Shown: positions 28,901 to 45,200, numbered from the stretch's first letter. The stretch: 64,000 nt of DNA from Eledone cirrhosa (GCA_964016885.1 OZ024742.1:373364001-373428000), one strand, 5' to 3'. Program-made: numbers and translations. Notes: generated by a model not told the origin, from the letters alone.

Positions 28901-31900
28901 GGCCACATACTGCTGATAGTCCCACAAGACACATATTAGTCTGATAGTCCCACAAGCCACATACTTCTGATAGTCCCACAAGCCACATACCTCTGATAGT
29001 CCCACAAGCCACATACCTCTGATAGTCCCACACGCAACATATTAGTCTGATAGTCCCACAAGCCACATACTTCTGATAGTCCCACAAGCCACATACCTCT
29101 GATAGTCTCACAAGCCACATATTAGTCTGATAGTCCCACAAGCCACATATTTCTGATAGTCCCACAAGTTATATACCTCTGATAGTCCCACAAGTCACAT
29201 ACCTCTTATAGTCCCAGAAACCACATACTTCTGATAATCCCATAAGCCACATATTAATCTGATAGTCCCACAAGCCACATACCTCTGATAGTCCCACAAG
29301 CCACATACCTCTGATAGTCACACAAGCCACATATTAGTCTGATAGTCCCACAAGTGACATACCTCTGATAGTCCCACAAACCACATATTAGTCTGATAGT
29401 TCCACAAGCCACATACCTCTGATAGTCCCACAAGCCACATACCTCTGATAGTCCCACAACCCACATATTAGTCTGATAGTCCCACAAGCCACATACCTCT
29501 GATAGTCCCACAAGCCACATACCTCTGATAGTCCCACAAGCCACATACCTCTGATAGTCCCACAAGCCACATACCTCTGATAGTCCCACAAGCCACATAT
29601 TAGTCTGATAGTTCCACAGGCCACATACCTCTGATAGTCCCACAAGCCACATATTAGTCTGATAGTCCCACAAGCCAGAAAGCTCTGATAGTCCCACAAG
29701 CCACATACCTCTGATTGTCCCACAAGCCACATACTGCTGATAGTCCCACAAGCCACATATTGGTCTGATAGTCCCTCAAGTCACATACCTCTGATAGTCC
29801 CACAAGCCACATACCTCTGATAGTCCATCAAGCCACATACCTCTGATAGTCCCACAAGCCACATACCTCTGATAGTCCCACAAGCCACATATTAGTCTGA
29901 TAGTCCCACAAGCCACATACCTCTGATAGTCCCACAAGCCACATATTAGTGTGATAGTCCCACAAGCCACATACCTCTGATAGTCCCACAAGCCACATAT
30001 TAGTCTGATAGTCCCACAAGCGACATACCTCTGATAGTCCCACAAGCCACATACCTCTAATAGTCCCACATGCCACATACCTACGATAGTCCCACAAGCC
30101 ACATATTAGTCTGATAGTCTTACAAGCCACATACCTCTGATAGTCCCACAAGTCATATACCTCTGATATTCTCACAAGCCACATATTAGTCTGATAGTCC
30201 CACAAGCCACATATTAGTCTGATAGTCCCACAAACCACATAGTTCTGATAGTCCCACAAGCCACATATAAGTATCATAGTCCCACAAGCCACATACTGCT
30301 GATAGTCCCACAAGCCACATATTGGTCTTTATAGTCCCACAAGTCACATCCCTCTGATAGTCCCATAAGCCACATATTAATCTGATAGTCCCACAAGCCA
30401 CATACATCTCATAGTCCCACAAGCCACATACCTCTGATAGTCCCACAAACCACATATTAGTCTGATAGTTCCACAAGCCACATACCTCTGATAGTCCCAC
30501 AAGCCAGATAATTGTCTGATAGTCCCACAGGTCACATATCTCTGATAGTCCCACAAGCCACATACCTCTGATAGTCCCACAAGCCACATACCTCTGATAG
30601 TCTCACAAGCCACATACCTCTGATAGTCCCACTAGCCACATACCTCTGACAGTCCCACAAGCTACATACCCCTCATAGTCCCACAAGCCACATACCTCTC
30701 ATAGTCCAACACGCCACATATTAGTTTGATAGTCCCACAAGCCACATACCTCTGATAGTCCCACAAACCACATACCTCTGATAGTCCCACAAGCCACATA
30801 TTAGTCTGATAGTCCCACAGGTCACATACTTCTGATAGTCCCACAAAACACATATCTCTGATAGTCCCACAAGCCACATATTAATCTGATAGTCCATCAA
30901 GCCACATACCTCTGATAGTCCCACAAGCCACATACCTCTGATAGTCCCACAAGTCACATACCTCTGATAGTCCCACAAGTCACATACCTCTGATAGTCCC
31001 ACAAGCCACATACCTCTGATAGTACCACAAGCCACATACCTCTGATTGTCCCACAAGCCACATACCTCTGATAGTCCCACAAGGCACATACCTCTGATAG
31101 TCCCACAAGCCACATATTAGTCTGATAGTCCCACAAGCCACATACCTCTGATAGTCCCACAAGCCACATATTAGTCTGATAGTCCCACAAGTCACATACC
31201 TCTGATTGTCCCACAAGCCACATATTAATCTGATAGTCCCACAAGTCACATACCTCTGATAGTCTTACAAGCCACATATTAGTCTGATAGTCCCACAAAT
31301 CACATACCTTTGATAGTCCCACAAGCCACATATTAGTCTGATAGTCCCACAAGCCACATACCTCTGATAGTCCCACAAGCCACATATTAGTCTGATAGTC
31401 CCACAAGTCACATACCTCTGATTGTCCCACAAGCCACATATTAATCTGATAGTCCCACAAGTCACATACCTCTGATAGTCCCACAAGCCACATATTAGTC
31501 TGATAGTCCCACAAATCACATACCTTTGATAGTCCCACAAGCCACATATTAATCTGATAGTCCCACAAGCCACATACCTCTGATAGTCCCACAAGCCACA
31601 TATTAGTCTGATAGTCCCACAAGCCACATACCTCTGATAGTCCCACAAGCCACATACCTCTGATAGTCCCACAAGCCACATACCTCTGATAGTCCCACAA
31701 GTCACATACCTTTGGTAGTCCTACAAGCAACATATTAATCTGATCGTCCCACAAACCACATACCTCTGATAGTCCCACACGCAACATATTAGTCTGATAG
31801 TCCCACAAGCCACATACTTCTGATAGTCCCACAAGCCACATATTAGTCTGATAGTCCCACAAGCCACATACCTCTGATAGTCTCACAAGCCACATATTAG

Positions 31901-33790
31901 TCTGATAGTCCCACAAGTCACATACCTCTGATAGTCCCACAAGTCACATACCTCTTATAGTCCCACAAACCACATACTTCCGATAGTCCCACAAGCCACA
32001 TACCTCTGATAGTCCCACAAGCCACATATTAGTCTGATAGTCCCACAAACCACATACCTCTGATAGTCCCACAAGCCACATACCTCTGATAGTCCCACAA
32101 GCCACATATTAGTCTGATAGTCCCACAAGTCACATACCTCTGATAGTCCCACAAACCACATATTAGTCTGATAGTTCCACAAGCCACATACCTCTGATAG
32201 TCCCACAAGCCACATATTAGTCTGATAGTCCCACAGGTCACATATCTCTGATAGACCCACAAGCGACATACCTCTGATAGTCCCACAAGCCACATACCTC
32301 TGATAGTCCCACAAGCCACATACCTCTGATAGTCTCACAAGCCACATACCTCTGATAGTCCCACTAGCCACATACCTCTGATAGTCCCACAAGCTACATA
32401 CCTCTCATAATCCCACAAGCCACATACCTCTGATAGTTCCACAAGCCACATATTAGTCTGATAGTCCCACAAGTCACATACCTCTGATAGTCCCACAGGC
32501 CACATATTAGTCTGATAGTCCCACAAGCCACATACCTCTGATAGTCCCACAAGTCACATGCCTCTAATAGTCCCACAAGTCACATACCTCTGATAGTCCC
32601 ACAGGCCACATATTAGTCTGATAGTCCCACAAGCCACATACCTCTGATAGTCCCACAAGCCACATACCTCTGATAGTCCCACAAACCACATACCTCTGAT
32701 AGTCCCACAAGCCACATACCTCTGATAGTCCCACAAGCCACATACCTCTGATAGTCCCACAAGCCACATACCTCTGATAGTCCCACAAGTCACATACCTC
32801 CGATAGTCCCACAAGCCACATATTAGTCTGATAGTCTTACAAGCCACATACCTCTGATAGTCCCACAAGCCACATACCTCTAATAGTCCCACAAGTCACA
32901 TACCTCTGATAGTCCCACAAGTCACATACCTCTGATAGTCCCACAAGCCACATATTAGTCTGATAGTCCCACCAGCCACATATTAGTCTAATAGTCCCAC
33001 AAACCACATAGTTCTGATAGTCCCACAAGCCACATACTTCTGATAGTCCCACAAGCCACATACTGCTGATAGTCCCACAAGCCACATATTGGTTTGATAG
33101 TCCCACAAGTCACATACCTCTGATAGTCCCATAAGCCACATATTAGTCTGATAGTCCCACAAGCCACATACATCTGATAGTCCCACAAGCCACATACCTC
33201 TGATAGTCCCACAAGCCACATACCTCTGATAGTCCCACAAGCCACATATTAGTCTGATAGTCCCACAGGTCACATACCTCTGATAGTCCCACAAGCCACA
33301 TACCTCTGATAGTCCCACAAGCCACATATTAGTGTGATAGTCCCACAAGCCACATACCTCTGATAGTCCCACAAGCCACATACCTCTGATAGTCCCACAA
33401 GCCACATATTCGTCTGATAGTCCCACAAGCCACATACCTCTGATAGTCCCACAAGCCAAATACCTCTGATAGTCCCACAAGTCACATACCTCTGATAGTC
33501 CCACAAGCCACATACCTCTAATAGTCCCACAAGTCACATACCTCTGATAGTCCCACAAGTCACATACCTCTGATAGTCCCACAAGCCACATATTAGTCTG
33601 ATAGTCCCACAGGTCACATACATCTGATAGTCCCACAAGCCACATACCTCTGATAGTCCCACAAGCCACATATTAGTGTGATAGTCCCACAAGCCACATA
33701 CCTCTGATAGTCCCACAGGCCACATACTGCTGATAGTCCCACAAGACACATATTAGTCTGATAGTCCCACAAGCCACATACTTCTGATAG
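22931..33790. repeat. Tandem duplication of ~22931-28966 as ~28967-33790, with the second copy lacking ~1.27 kb
   Basis: The offset is 6036 (23218/29254, 23740/29776), then 6037 after the +1 bp event (24625/30662, 24917/30954). It then becomes 4763 (27192/31955, 28074/32837) and 4817 (28717/33534). Confidence 0.85.
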
Positions 33791-36700
33791 TCCCACAAGC
33801 CACATACCTCTGATAGTCTCACAAGCCACATATTAGTCTGATAGTCCCACAAGCCACATATTTCTGATAGTCCCACAAGTTATATACCTCTGATAGTCCC
33901 ACAAGTCACATACCTCTTATAGTCCCAGAAACCACATACTTCTGATAGTCCCATAAGCCACATATTAATCTGATAGTCCCACAAGCCACATACCTCTGAT
34001 AGTCCCACAAGCCACATACCTCTGATAGTCACACAAGCCACATATTAGTCTGATAGTCCCACAAGTGACATACCTCTGATAGTCCCACAAACCACATATT
34101 AGTCTGATAGTTCCACAAGCCACATACCTCTGATAGTCCCACAAGCCACATACCTCTGATAGTCCCAGAAGCCACATATTAGTCTGATAGTTCCACAAGC
34201 CACATACCTCTGATAGTCCCACAAGCCACATATTAGTCTGATAGTCCCACAGGTCACATATCTCTGATAGTCCCACAAGCCACATACCTCTGATAGTCCC
34301 ACAAGCCACATACCTCTGATAGTCCCACAAGCCACATACCTCTGATAGTTCCACAAGCCACATATTAGTCTGATAGTCCCACAAGCCACATACCTCTGAT
34401 AGTCCCACAAGCCACATACCTCTGATAGTCCCACAAGCCACATACCTCTGATAGTCCCACAAGTCACATACCTTTGGTAGTCCTACAAGCAACATATTAA
34501 TCTGATCGTCCCACAAACCACATACCTCTGATAGTCCCACACGCAACATATTAGTCTGATAGTCCCACAAGCCACATACTTCTGATAGTCCCACAAGCCA
34601 CATATTAGTCTGATAGTCACACAAGCCACATACCTCTGATAGTCTCACAAGCCACATATTAGTCTGATAGTCCCACAAGTCACATACCTCTGATAGTCCC
34701 ACAAGTCACATACCTCTTATAGTCCCACAAACCACATACTTCTGATAGTCCCACAAGCCACATACCTCTGATAGTCCCACAAGCCACATATTAGTCTGAT
34801 AGTCCCACAAACCACATACCTCTGATAGTCCCACAAGCCACATACCTCTGATAGTCCCACAAGCCACATATTAGTCTGATAGTCCCACAAGTCACATACC
34901 TCTGATAGTCCCACAAACCACATATTAGTCTGATAGTTCCACAAGCCACATACCTCTGATAGTCCCACAAGCCACATATTAGTCTGATAGTCCCACAGGT
35001 CACATATCTCTGATAGACCCACAAGCGACATACCTCTGATAGTCCCACAAGCCACATACCTCTGATAGTCCCACAAGCCACATATTAGTGTGATAGTCCC
35101 ACAAGCCACATACCTCTGATAGTCCCACAAGCCACATACCTCTGATAGTCCCACAAGCCACATATTCGTCTGATAGTCCCACAAGCCACATACCTCTGAT
35201 AGTCCCACAAGCCAAATACCTCTGATAGTCCCACAAGTCACATACCTCTGATAGCCCCACAAGCCACATACCTCTAATAGTCCCACAAGTCACATACCTC
35301 TGATAGTCCCACAAGTCACATACCTCTGATAGTCCCACAAGCCACATATTAGTCTGATAGTCCCACAGGTCACATACATCTGATAGTCCCACAAGCCACA
35401 TACCTCTGATAGTCCCACAAGCCACATATTAGTGTGATAGTCCCACAAGCCACATACCTCTGATAGTCCCACAGGCCACATACTGCTGATAGTCCCACAA
35501 GACACATATTAGTCTGATAGTCCCACAAGCCACATACTTCTGATAGTCCCACAAGCCACATACCTCTGATAGTCTCACAAGCCAGATATTAGTCTGATAG
35601 TCCCACAAGCCACATATTTCTGATAGTCCCACAAGTTATATACCTCTGATAGTCCCACAAGTCACATACCTCTTATAGTCCCAGAAACCACATACTTCTG
35701 ATAGTCCCATAAGCCACATATTAATCTGATAGTCCCACAAGCCACATACCTCTGATAGTCCCACAAGCCACATACCTCTGATAGTCACACAAGCCACATA
35801 TTAGTCTGATAGTCCCACAAATGACATACCTCTGATAGTCCCACAAACCACATATTAGTCTGATAGTTCCACAAGCCACATACCTCTGATAGTCCCACAA
35901 GCCACATACCTCTGATAGTCCCACAAGCCACATATTAGTCTGATAGTCCCACAAGCCACATACCTCTGATAGTCCCACAAGCCACATACCTCTGATAGTC
36001 CCACAAGCCACATACCTCTGATAGTCCCACAAGCCACATACCTCTGATAGTCCCACAAGCCACATATTAGTCTGATAGTCCCACAAGTGACATACCTCTG
36101 ATAGTCCCACAAACCACATATTAGTCTGATAGTTCCACAAGCCACATATCTCTGATAGTCCCACAAGCCACATATTAGTCTGATAGTCCCACAGGTCACA
36201 TATCTCTGATAGTCCCACAAGCCACATACCTCTGATAGTCCCACAAGCCACATACCTCTGATAGTCCCACAAGCCACATACCTCTGATAGTTCCACAAGC
36301 CACATATTAGTCTGATAGTCCCACAAGCCACATACCTCTGATAGTCCCACAAGCCACATACCTCTGATAGTCCCACAAGCCACATACCTCTGATAGTCCC
36401 ACAAGTCACATACCTTTGGTAGTCCTACAAGCAACATATTAATCTGATCGTCCCACAAACCACATACCTCTGATAGTCCCACACGCAACATATTAGTCTG
36501 ATAGTCCCACAAGCCACATACTTCTGATAGTCCCACAAGCCACATATTAGTCTGATAGTCACACAAGCCACATACCTCTGATAGTCTCACAAGCCACATA
36601 TTAGTCTGATAGTCCCACAAGTCACATACCTCTGATAGTCCCACAAGTCACATACCTCTTATAGTCCCACAAGCCACATACCTCTGATAGTCCCACAAGC

Positions 36701-39700
36701 CAAATACCTTTGATAGTCCCACAAGTCACATACCTCTGATAGCCCCACAAGCCACATACCTCTAATAGTCCCACAAGTCACATACCTCTGATAGTCCCAC
36801 AAGTCACATACCTCTGATAGTCCCACAAGCCACATATTAGTCTGATAGTCCCACAGGTCACATACATCTGATAGTCCCACAAGCCACATACCTCTGATAG
36901 TCCCACAAGCCACATATTAGTGTGATAGTCCCACAAGCCACATACCTCTGATAGTCCCACAGGCCACATACTGCTGATAGTCCCACAAGACACATATTAG
37001 TCTGATAGTCCCACAAGCCACATACTTCTGATAGTCCCACAAGCCACATACCTCTGATAGTCTCACAAGCCACATATTAGTCTGATAGTCCCACAAGCCA
37101 CATATTTCTGATAGTCCCACAAGTTATATACCTCTGATAGTCCCACAAGTCACATACCTCTTATAGTCCCAGAAACCACATACTTCTGATAGTCCCATAA
37201 GCCACATATTAATCTGATAGTCCCACAAGCCACATACCTCTGATAGTCCCACAAGCCACATACCTCTGATAGTCACACAAGCCACATATTAGTCTGATAG
37301 TCCCACAAGTGACATACCTCTGATAGTCCCACAAACCACATATTAGTCTGATAGTTCCACAAGCCACATACCTCTGATAGTCCCACAAGCCACATACCTC
37401 TGATAGTCCCACAAGCCACATATTAGTCTGATAGTCCCACAAGCCACATACCTCTGATAGTCCCACAAGCCACATACCTCTGATAGTCCCACAAGCCACA
37501 TACCTCTGATAGTCCCACAAGCCACATACCTCTGATAGTCCCACAAGCCACATATTAGTCTGATAGTCCCACAAGTGACATACCTCTGATAGTCCCACAA
37601 ACCACATATTAGTCTGATAGTTCCACAAGCCACATACCTCTGATAGTCCCACAAGCCACATATTAGTCTGATAGTCCCACAGGTCACATATCTCTGATAG
37701 TCCCACAAGCCACATACCTCTGATAGTCCCACAAGCCACATACCTCTGATAGTCCCACAAGCCACATACCTCTGATAGTCCCACAAGCCACATATTAGTC
37801 TGATAGTTCCACAGGCCACATACCTCTGATAGTCCCACAAGCCACATATTAGTCTGATAGTCCCACAAGCCAGAAAGCTCTGATAGTCCCACAAGCCACA
37901 TATTAGTGTGATAGTCCCACAAGCGACATACCTCTGATAGTCCCACAAGCCACATACCTCTGATAGTCCCACATGTCACATACCTACGATAGTCCCACAA
38001 GCCACATATTAGTCTGATAGTCTTACAAGCCACATACCTCTGATAGTCCCACAAGTCATATACCTCTGATATTCCCACAAGCCACATATTAGTCTGATAG
38101 TCCCACAAGCCACATATTAGTCTGATAGTCCCACAAACCACATAGTTCTGATAGTCCCACAAGCCACATATAAGTATCATAGTCCCACAAGCCACATACT
38201 GCTGATAGTCCCACAAGTCACATACCTCCGATAGTCCCACAAGCCACATATTAGTCTGATAGTCTTACAAGCCACATACCTCTGATAGTCCCACAAGCCA
38301 CATACCTCTAATAGTCCCACAAGTCACATACCTCTGATAGTCCCACAAGTCACATACCTCTGATAGTCCCACAAGCCACATATTAGTCTGATAGTCCCAC
38401 AGGTCACATACATCTGATAGTCCCACAAGCCACATACCTCTGATAGTCCCACAAGCCACATATTAGTGTGATAGTCCCACAAGCCACATACCTCTGATAG
38501 TCCCACAGGCCACATACTGCTGATAGTCCCACAAGACACATATTAGTCTGATAGTCCCACAAGCCACATACTTCTGATAGTCCCACAAGCCACATACCTC
38601 TGATAGTCTCACAAGCCACATATTAGTCTGATAGTCCCACAAGCCACATATTTCTGATAGTCCCACAAGTTATATACCTCTGATAGTCCCACAAGTCACA
38701 TACCTCTTATAGTCCCAGAAACCACATACTTCTGATAGTCCCATAAGCCACATATTAATCTGATAGTCCCACAAGCCACATACCTCTGATAGTCCCACAA
38801 GCCACATACCTCTGATAGTCACACAAGCCACATATTAGTCTGATAGTCCCACAAGTGACATACCTCTGATAGTCCCACAAACCACATATTAGTCTGATAG
38901 TTCCACAAGCCACATACCTCTGATAGTCCCACAAGCCACATACCTCTGATAGTCCCACAAGCCACATATTAGTCTGATAGTCCCACAAGCCACATACCTC
39001 TGATAGTCCCACAAGCCACATACCTCTGATAGTCCCACAAGCCACATACCTCTGATAGTCCCACAAGCCACATACCTCTGATAGTCCCACAAGCCACATA
39101 TTAGTCTGATAGTCCCACAAGTGACATACCTCTGATAGTCCCACAAACCACATATTAGTCTGATAGTTCCACAAGCCACATACCTCTGATAGTCCCACAA
39201 GCCACATATTAGTCTGATAGTCCCACAGGTCACATATCTCTGATAGTCCCACAAGCCACATACCTCTGATAGTCCCACAAGCCACATACCTCTGATAGTC
39301 CCACAAGCCACATACCTCTGATAGTCCCACAAGCCACATATTAGTCTGATAGTTCCACAGGCCACATACCTCTGATAGTCCCACAAGCCACATATTAGTC
39401 TGATAGTCCCACAAGCCAGAAAGCTCTGATAGTCCCACAAGCCACATATTAGTGTGATAGTCCCACAAGCGACATACCTCTGATAGTCCCACAAGCCACA
39501 TACCTCTGATAGTCCCACATGTCACATACCTACGATAGTCCCACAAGCCACATATTAGTCTGATAGTCTTACAAGCCACATACCTCTGATAGTCCCACAA
39601 GTCATATACCTCTGATATTCCCACAAGCCACATATTAGTCTGATAGTCCCACAAGCCACATATTAGTCTGATAGTCCCACAAACCACATAGTTCTGATAG

Positions 39701-39760
39701 TCCCACAAGCCACATATAAGTATCATAGTCCCACAAGCCACATACTGCTGATAGTCCCAC
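33500..39760. repeat. Series of four related 1.5-1.75-kb higher-order units, the last two near-identical at 1546-bp spacing
   Basis: The marker AAGACACAT is at ~33743, 35499, 36987 and 38533, and GTTATATAC is at ~33879, 35635, 37123 and 38669. The spacings are 1756, 1488 and 1546. ORF offsets are 36778/38324 and 37209/38755. Confidence 0.85.
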
Positions 39761-42279
39761 AAGCCACATATTGGTCTGATAGTCCCACAAGTCACATACC
39801 TCTGATAGTCCCATAAGCCACATATTAATCTGATAGTCCCACATGCCACATACATCTGATAGTCCCACAAGCCACATACCTCTGATAGTCCCACAAACCA
39901 CATATTAGTCTGATAGTTCCACAAGCCACATACCTCTGATAGTCCCACAAGCCAGATAATTGTCTGATAGTCCCACAGGTCACATATCTCTGATAGTCCC
40001 ACAAGCCACATAACTCTGATAGTCCCACAAGCCACATACCTCTGATAGTCCCACAAGCCACATACCTCTGATAGTCTAACAAGCCACATACCTCTGATAG
40101 TCCCACTAGCCACATACCTCTGACAGTCCCACAAGCTACATACCCCTCATAGTCCCACAAGCCACATACCTCTCATAGTCCAACACGCCACATATTAGTT
40201 TGATAGTCCCACAAGCCACATACCTCTGATAGTCCCACAAACCACATACCTCTGATAGTCCCACAAGCCACATATTAGTCTGATAGTCCCACAGGTCACA
40301 TACTTCTGATAGTCCCACAAACCACATATCTCTGATAGTCCCACAAGCCACATATTAATCTGATAGTCCATCAAGCCACATACCTCTGATAGTCCCACAA
40401 GCCACATACCTCTGATAGTCCCACAAGTCACATACCTCTGATAGTCCCACAAGTCACATACCTCTGATAGTCCCACAAGCCACATACCTCTGATAGTACC
40501 ACAAGCCACATACCTCTGATTGTCCCACAAGCCACATACCTCTGATAGTCCCACAAGGCACATACCTCTGATAGTCCCACAAGCCACATATTAGTCTGAT
40601 AGTCCCACAAGCCACATACCTCTGATAGTCCCACAAGCCACATATTAGTCTGATAGTCCCACAAGTCACATACCTCTGATTGTCCCACAAGCCACATATT
40701 AGTCTGATAGTCCCACAAGTCACATACCTCTGATAGTCTTACAAGCCACATATTAGTATGATAGTCCCACAAGCCACATGCCTCTGATAGTCCCACAAGC
40801 CACATATTAGTCTTATAGTCCCACAAGTCACATACCTCTGATAGTCCCACAAGCCACATATTAGTCTGATAGTCCCACAAATCACATACCTTTGATAGTC
40901 CCACAAGCCACATATTAATCTGATAGTCCCACAAGCCACATACCTCTGATAGTCCCACAAGCCACATATTAGTCTGATAGTCCCACAAGCCACATACCTC
41001 TGATAGTCCCACAAGCCACATACCTCTGATAGTCCCACAAGCCACATACCTCTGATAGTCCCACAAGCCACATACCTCTGATAGTCCCACAAGTCACATA
41101 CCTTTGGTAGTCCTACAAGCAACATATTAATCTGATAGTCCCACAAACCACATACCTCTGATAGTCCCACACGCAACATATTAGTCTGATAGTCCCACAA
41201 GCCACATACTTCTGATAGTCCCACAAGCCACATATTAGTCTGATAGTCCCACAAGCCACATACCTCTGATAGTCTCACAAGCCACATATTAGTCTGATAG
41301 TCCCACAAGTCACATACCTCTGATAGTCCCACAAGTCACATACCTCTTATAGTCCCACAAACCACATACTTCTGATAGTCCCACATGCCACATACCTCTG
41401 ATAGTCCCACAAGCCACATATTAGTCTGATAGTCCCACAAGCCACATACCTCTGATAGTCCCACAAGCCACATACCTCTGATAGTACCACAAGCCACATA
41501 TTAGTCTGATAGTCCCACAAGTCACATACCTCTGATAGTCCCACAAACCACATATTAGTCTGATAGTTCCACAAGCCACATACCTCTGATAGTCCCACAA
41601 GCCACATATTAGTCTGATAGTCCCACAGGTCACATATCCCTGATAGTCCCACAAGCGACATACCTCTGATAGTCCCACAAGCCACATACCTCTGATAGTC
41701 CCACAAGCCACATACCTCTGATAGTCTCACAAGCCACATACCTCTGATAGTCCCACTAGCCACATACCTCTGATAGTCCCACAAGCTACATACCTCTCAT
41801 AGTCCAACACGCCACATATTAGTTTGATAGTCCCACAAGCCACATACCTCTGATAGTCCCACAAACCACATACCTCTGATAGTCCCACAAGCCGCATATT
41901 AGTCTGATAGTCCCACAGGTCACATACCTCTGATAGTCCCACAAACCACATACCTCTGATAGTCCCACAAGCCACATATTAGTCTGATAGTCCCACAAGT
42001 CACATACCTCTGATAGTCCCATAAGCCACATATTAATCTGATAGTCCCACAAGCCACATACATCTGATAGCCCCACAAGCCACATACCTCTGATAGTCCC
42101 ACAAACCACATATTAGTCTGATAGTTCCACAAGCCACATACCTCTGATAGTCCCACAAGCCAGATAATTGTCTGATAGTCCCACAGGTCACATATCTCTG
42201 ATAGTCCCACAAGCCACATACCTCTGATAGTCCCACAAGCCACATACCTCTGATAGTCCCACAAGCCACATACCTCTGA

Positions 42280-45200
42280 TAGTCTCACAAGCCACATACC
42301 TCTGATAGTCCCACTAGCCACATACCTCTGACAGTCCCACAAGCTACATACCTCTCATAGTCCCACAAGCCACATACCTCACATAGTCCAACATGCCACA
42401 TATTAGTTTGATAGTCCCACAAGCCACATACCTCTGATAGTCCCACAAACCACATACCTCTGATAGTCCCACAAGCCACATATTAGTCTGATAGTCCCAC
42501 AGGTCACATACTTCTGATAGTCCCACAAACCACATATCTCTGATAGTCCCACAACCCACATATTAGTCTGATAGTCCATCAAGCCACATACCTCTGATAG
42601 TCCCACAAGCCACATACCTCTGATAGTCCCACAAGTCACATACCTCTGATAGTCCCACAAGCCACATACCTCTGATAGTCCCACAAGCCACATATTAGTC
42701 TGATAGTCCCACAAGTCACATACCTCTGATTGTCCCACAAGCCACATATTAGTCTGATAGTCCCACAAGTCACATACCTCTGATAGTCTTACAAGCCACA
42801 TATTAGTATCATAGTCCCACAAGCCACATGCCTCTGATAGTCCCACAAGCCACATATTAGTCTGATAGTCCCACAAGTCACATACCTCTGATAGTCCCAC
42901 AAGCCACATATTAGTCTGATAGTCCCACAAATCACATACCTTTGATAGTCCCACAAGCCACATATTAATCTGATAGTCCCACAAGCCACATACCTCTGAT
43001 AGTCCCACAAGCCACATATTAGTCTGATAGTCCCACAAGCCACATACCTCTGATAGTCCCACAAGCCACATACCTCTGATAGTCCCACAAGCCACATACC
43101 TCTGATAGTCCCACAAGCCACATACCTCTGATAGTCCCACAAGTCACATACCTTTGGTAGTCCTACAAGCAACATATTAATCTGATAGTCCCACAAACCA
43201 CATATCTCTGATAGTCCCACACGCAACATATTAGTCTGATAGTCCCACAAGCCACATACTTCTGATAGTCCCACAAGCCACATATTAGTCTGATAGTCCC
43301 ACAAGCCACATACCTCTGATAGTCTCACAAGCCACATATTAGTCTGATAGTCCCACAAGTCACATACCTCTGATAGTCCCACAAGTCACATACCTCTTAT
43401 AGTCCCACAAACCACATACTTCTGATAGTCCCACAAGCCACATATTAGTCTGATAGTCCCACAAGTCACATACCTCTGATAGTCCCACAAACCACATATT
43501 AGTCTGATAGTTCCACAAGCGACATACCTCTGATAGTCCCACAAGCCACATATTAGTCTGATAGTCCCACAGGTTGCATATCTCTGATAGTCCCACAAGC
43601 GACATACCTCTGATAGTCCCACAAGCCACATACCTCTGATAGTCCCACAAGCCACATACCTCTGATAGTCTCACAAGCCACATACCTCTGATAGTCCCAC
43701 TAGCCACATACCTCTGATAGTCCCACAAGCCACATACCTCTGATAGTCACACAAGCCACATATTAGTCTGATAGTCCCACAAGTGACATACCTCTGATAG
43801 TCCCACAAACCACATATTAGTCTGATAGTTCCACAAGCCACATACCTCTGATAGTCCCACAAGCCACATACCTCTGATAGTCCCACAAGCCACATATTAG
43901 TCTGATAGTCCCACAAGCCACATACCTCTGATAGTCCCACAAGCCACATACCTCTGATAGTCCCACAAGCCACATACCTCTGATAGTCCCACAAGCCACA
44001 TACCTCTGATAGTCCCACAAGCCACATATTAGTCTGATAGTCCCACAAGTGACATACCTCTGATAGTCCCACAAACCACATATTAGTCTGATAGTTCCAC
44101 AAGCCACGTACCTCTGATAGTCCCACAAGCCACATATTAGTCTGATAGTCCCACAGGTCACATATCTCTGATAGTCCCACAAGCCACATACCTCTGATAG
44201 TCCCACAAGCCACATACCTCTGATAGTCCCACAAGCCACATATTAGTCTGATAGTTCCACAGGCCACATACCTCTGATAGTCCCACAAGCCACATATTAG
44301 TCTGATAGTCCCACAAGCCACATATCTCTGATAGTCCCACAAGCCACATATTAGTCTGATAGTCCCACAAGCGACATACCTCTGATAGTCCCACAAGCCA
44401 CATACCTCTGATAGTCCCACATGTCACATACCTACGATAGTCCCACAAGCCACATATTAGTCTGATAGTCTTACAAGCCACATACCTCTGATAGTCCCAC
44501 AAGTCATATACCTCTGATATTCCCACAAGCCACATATTAGTCTGATAGTCCCACAAGCCACATATTAGTCTGATAGTCTCACAAGCCACATACCTCTGAT
44601 AGTCCCACTAGCCACATACCTCTGACAGTCCCACAAGCTACATACCTCTCATAGTCCCACAAGCCACATACCTCACATAGTCCAACATGCCACATATTAG
44701 TTTGATAGTCCCACAAGCCACATACCTCTGATAGTCCCACAAACCACATACCTCTGATAGTCCCACAAGCCACATATTAGTCTGATAGTCCCACAGGTCA
44801 CATACTTCTGATAGTCCCACAAACCACATATCTCTGATAGTCCCACAACCCACATATTAGTCTGATAGTCCATCAAGCCACATACCTGTGATAGTCCCAC
44901 AAGCCACATACCTCTGATAGTCCCACAAGTCACATACCTCTGATAGTCCCACAAGTCACATACCTCTGATAGTCCCACAAGCCACATACCTCTGATAGTA
45001 CCACAAGCCACATACCTCTGATTGTCCCACAAGCCACATACCTCTGATAGTCCCACAAGGCACATACCTCTGATAGTCCCACAAGCCACATATTAGTCTG
45101 ATAGTCCCACAAGCCACATACCTCTGATAGTCCCACAAGCCACATATTAGTCTGATAGTCCCACAAGTCACATACCTCTGATTGTCCCACAAGCCACATA

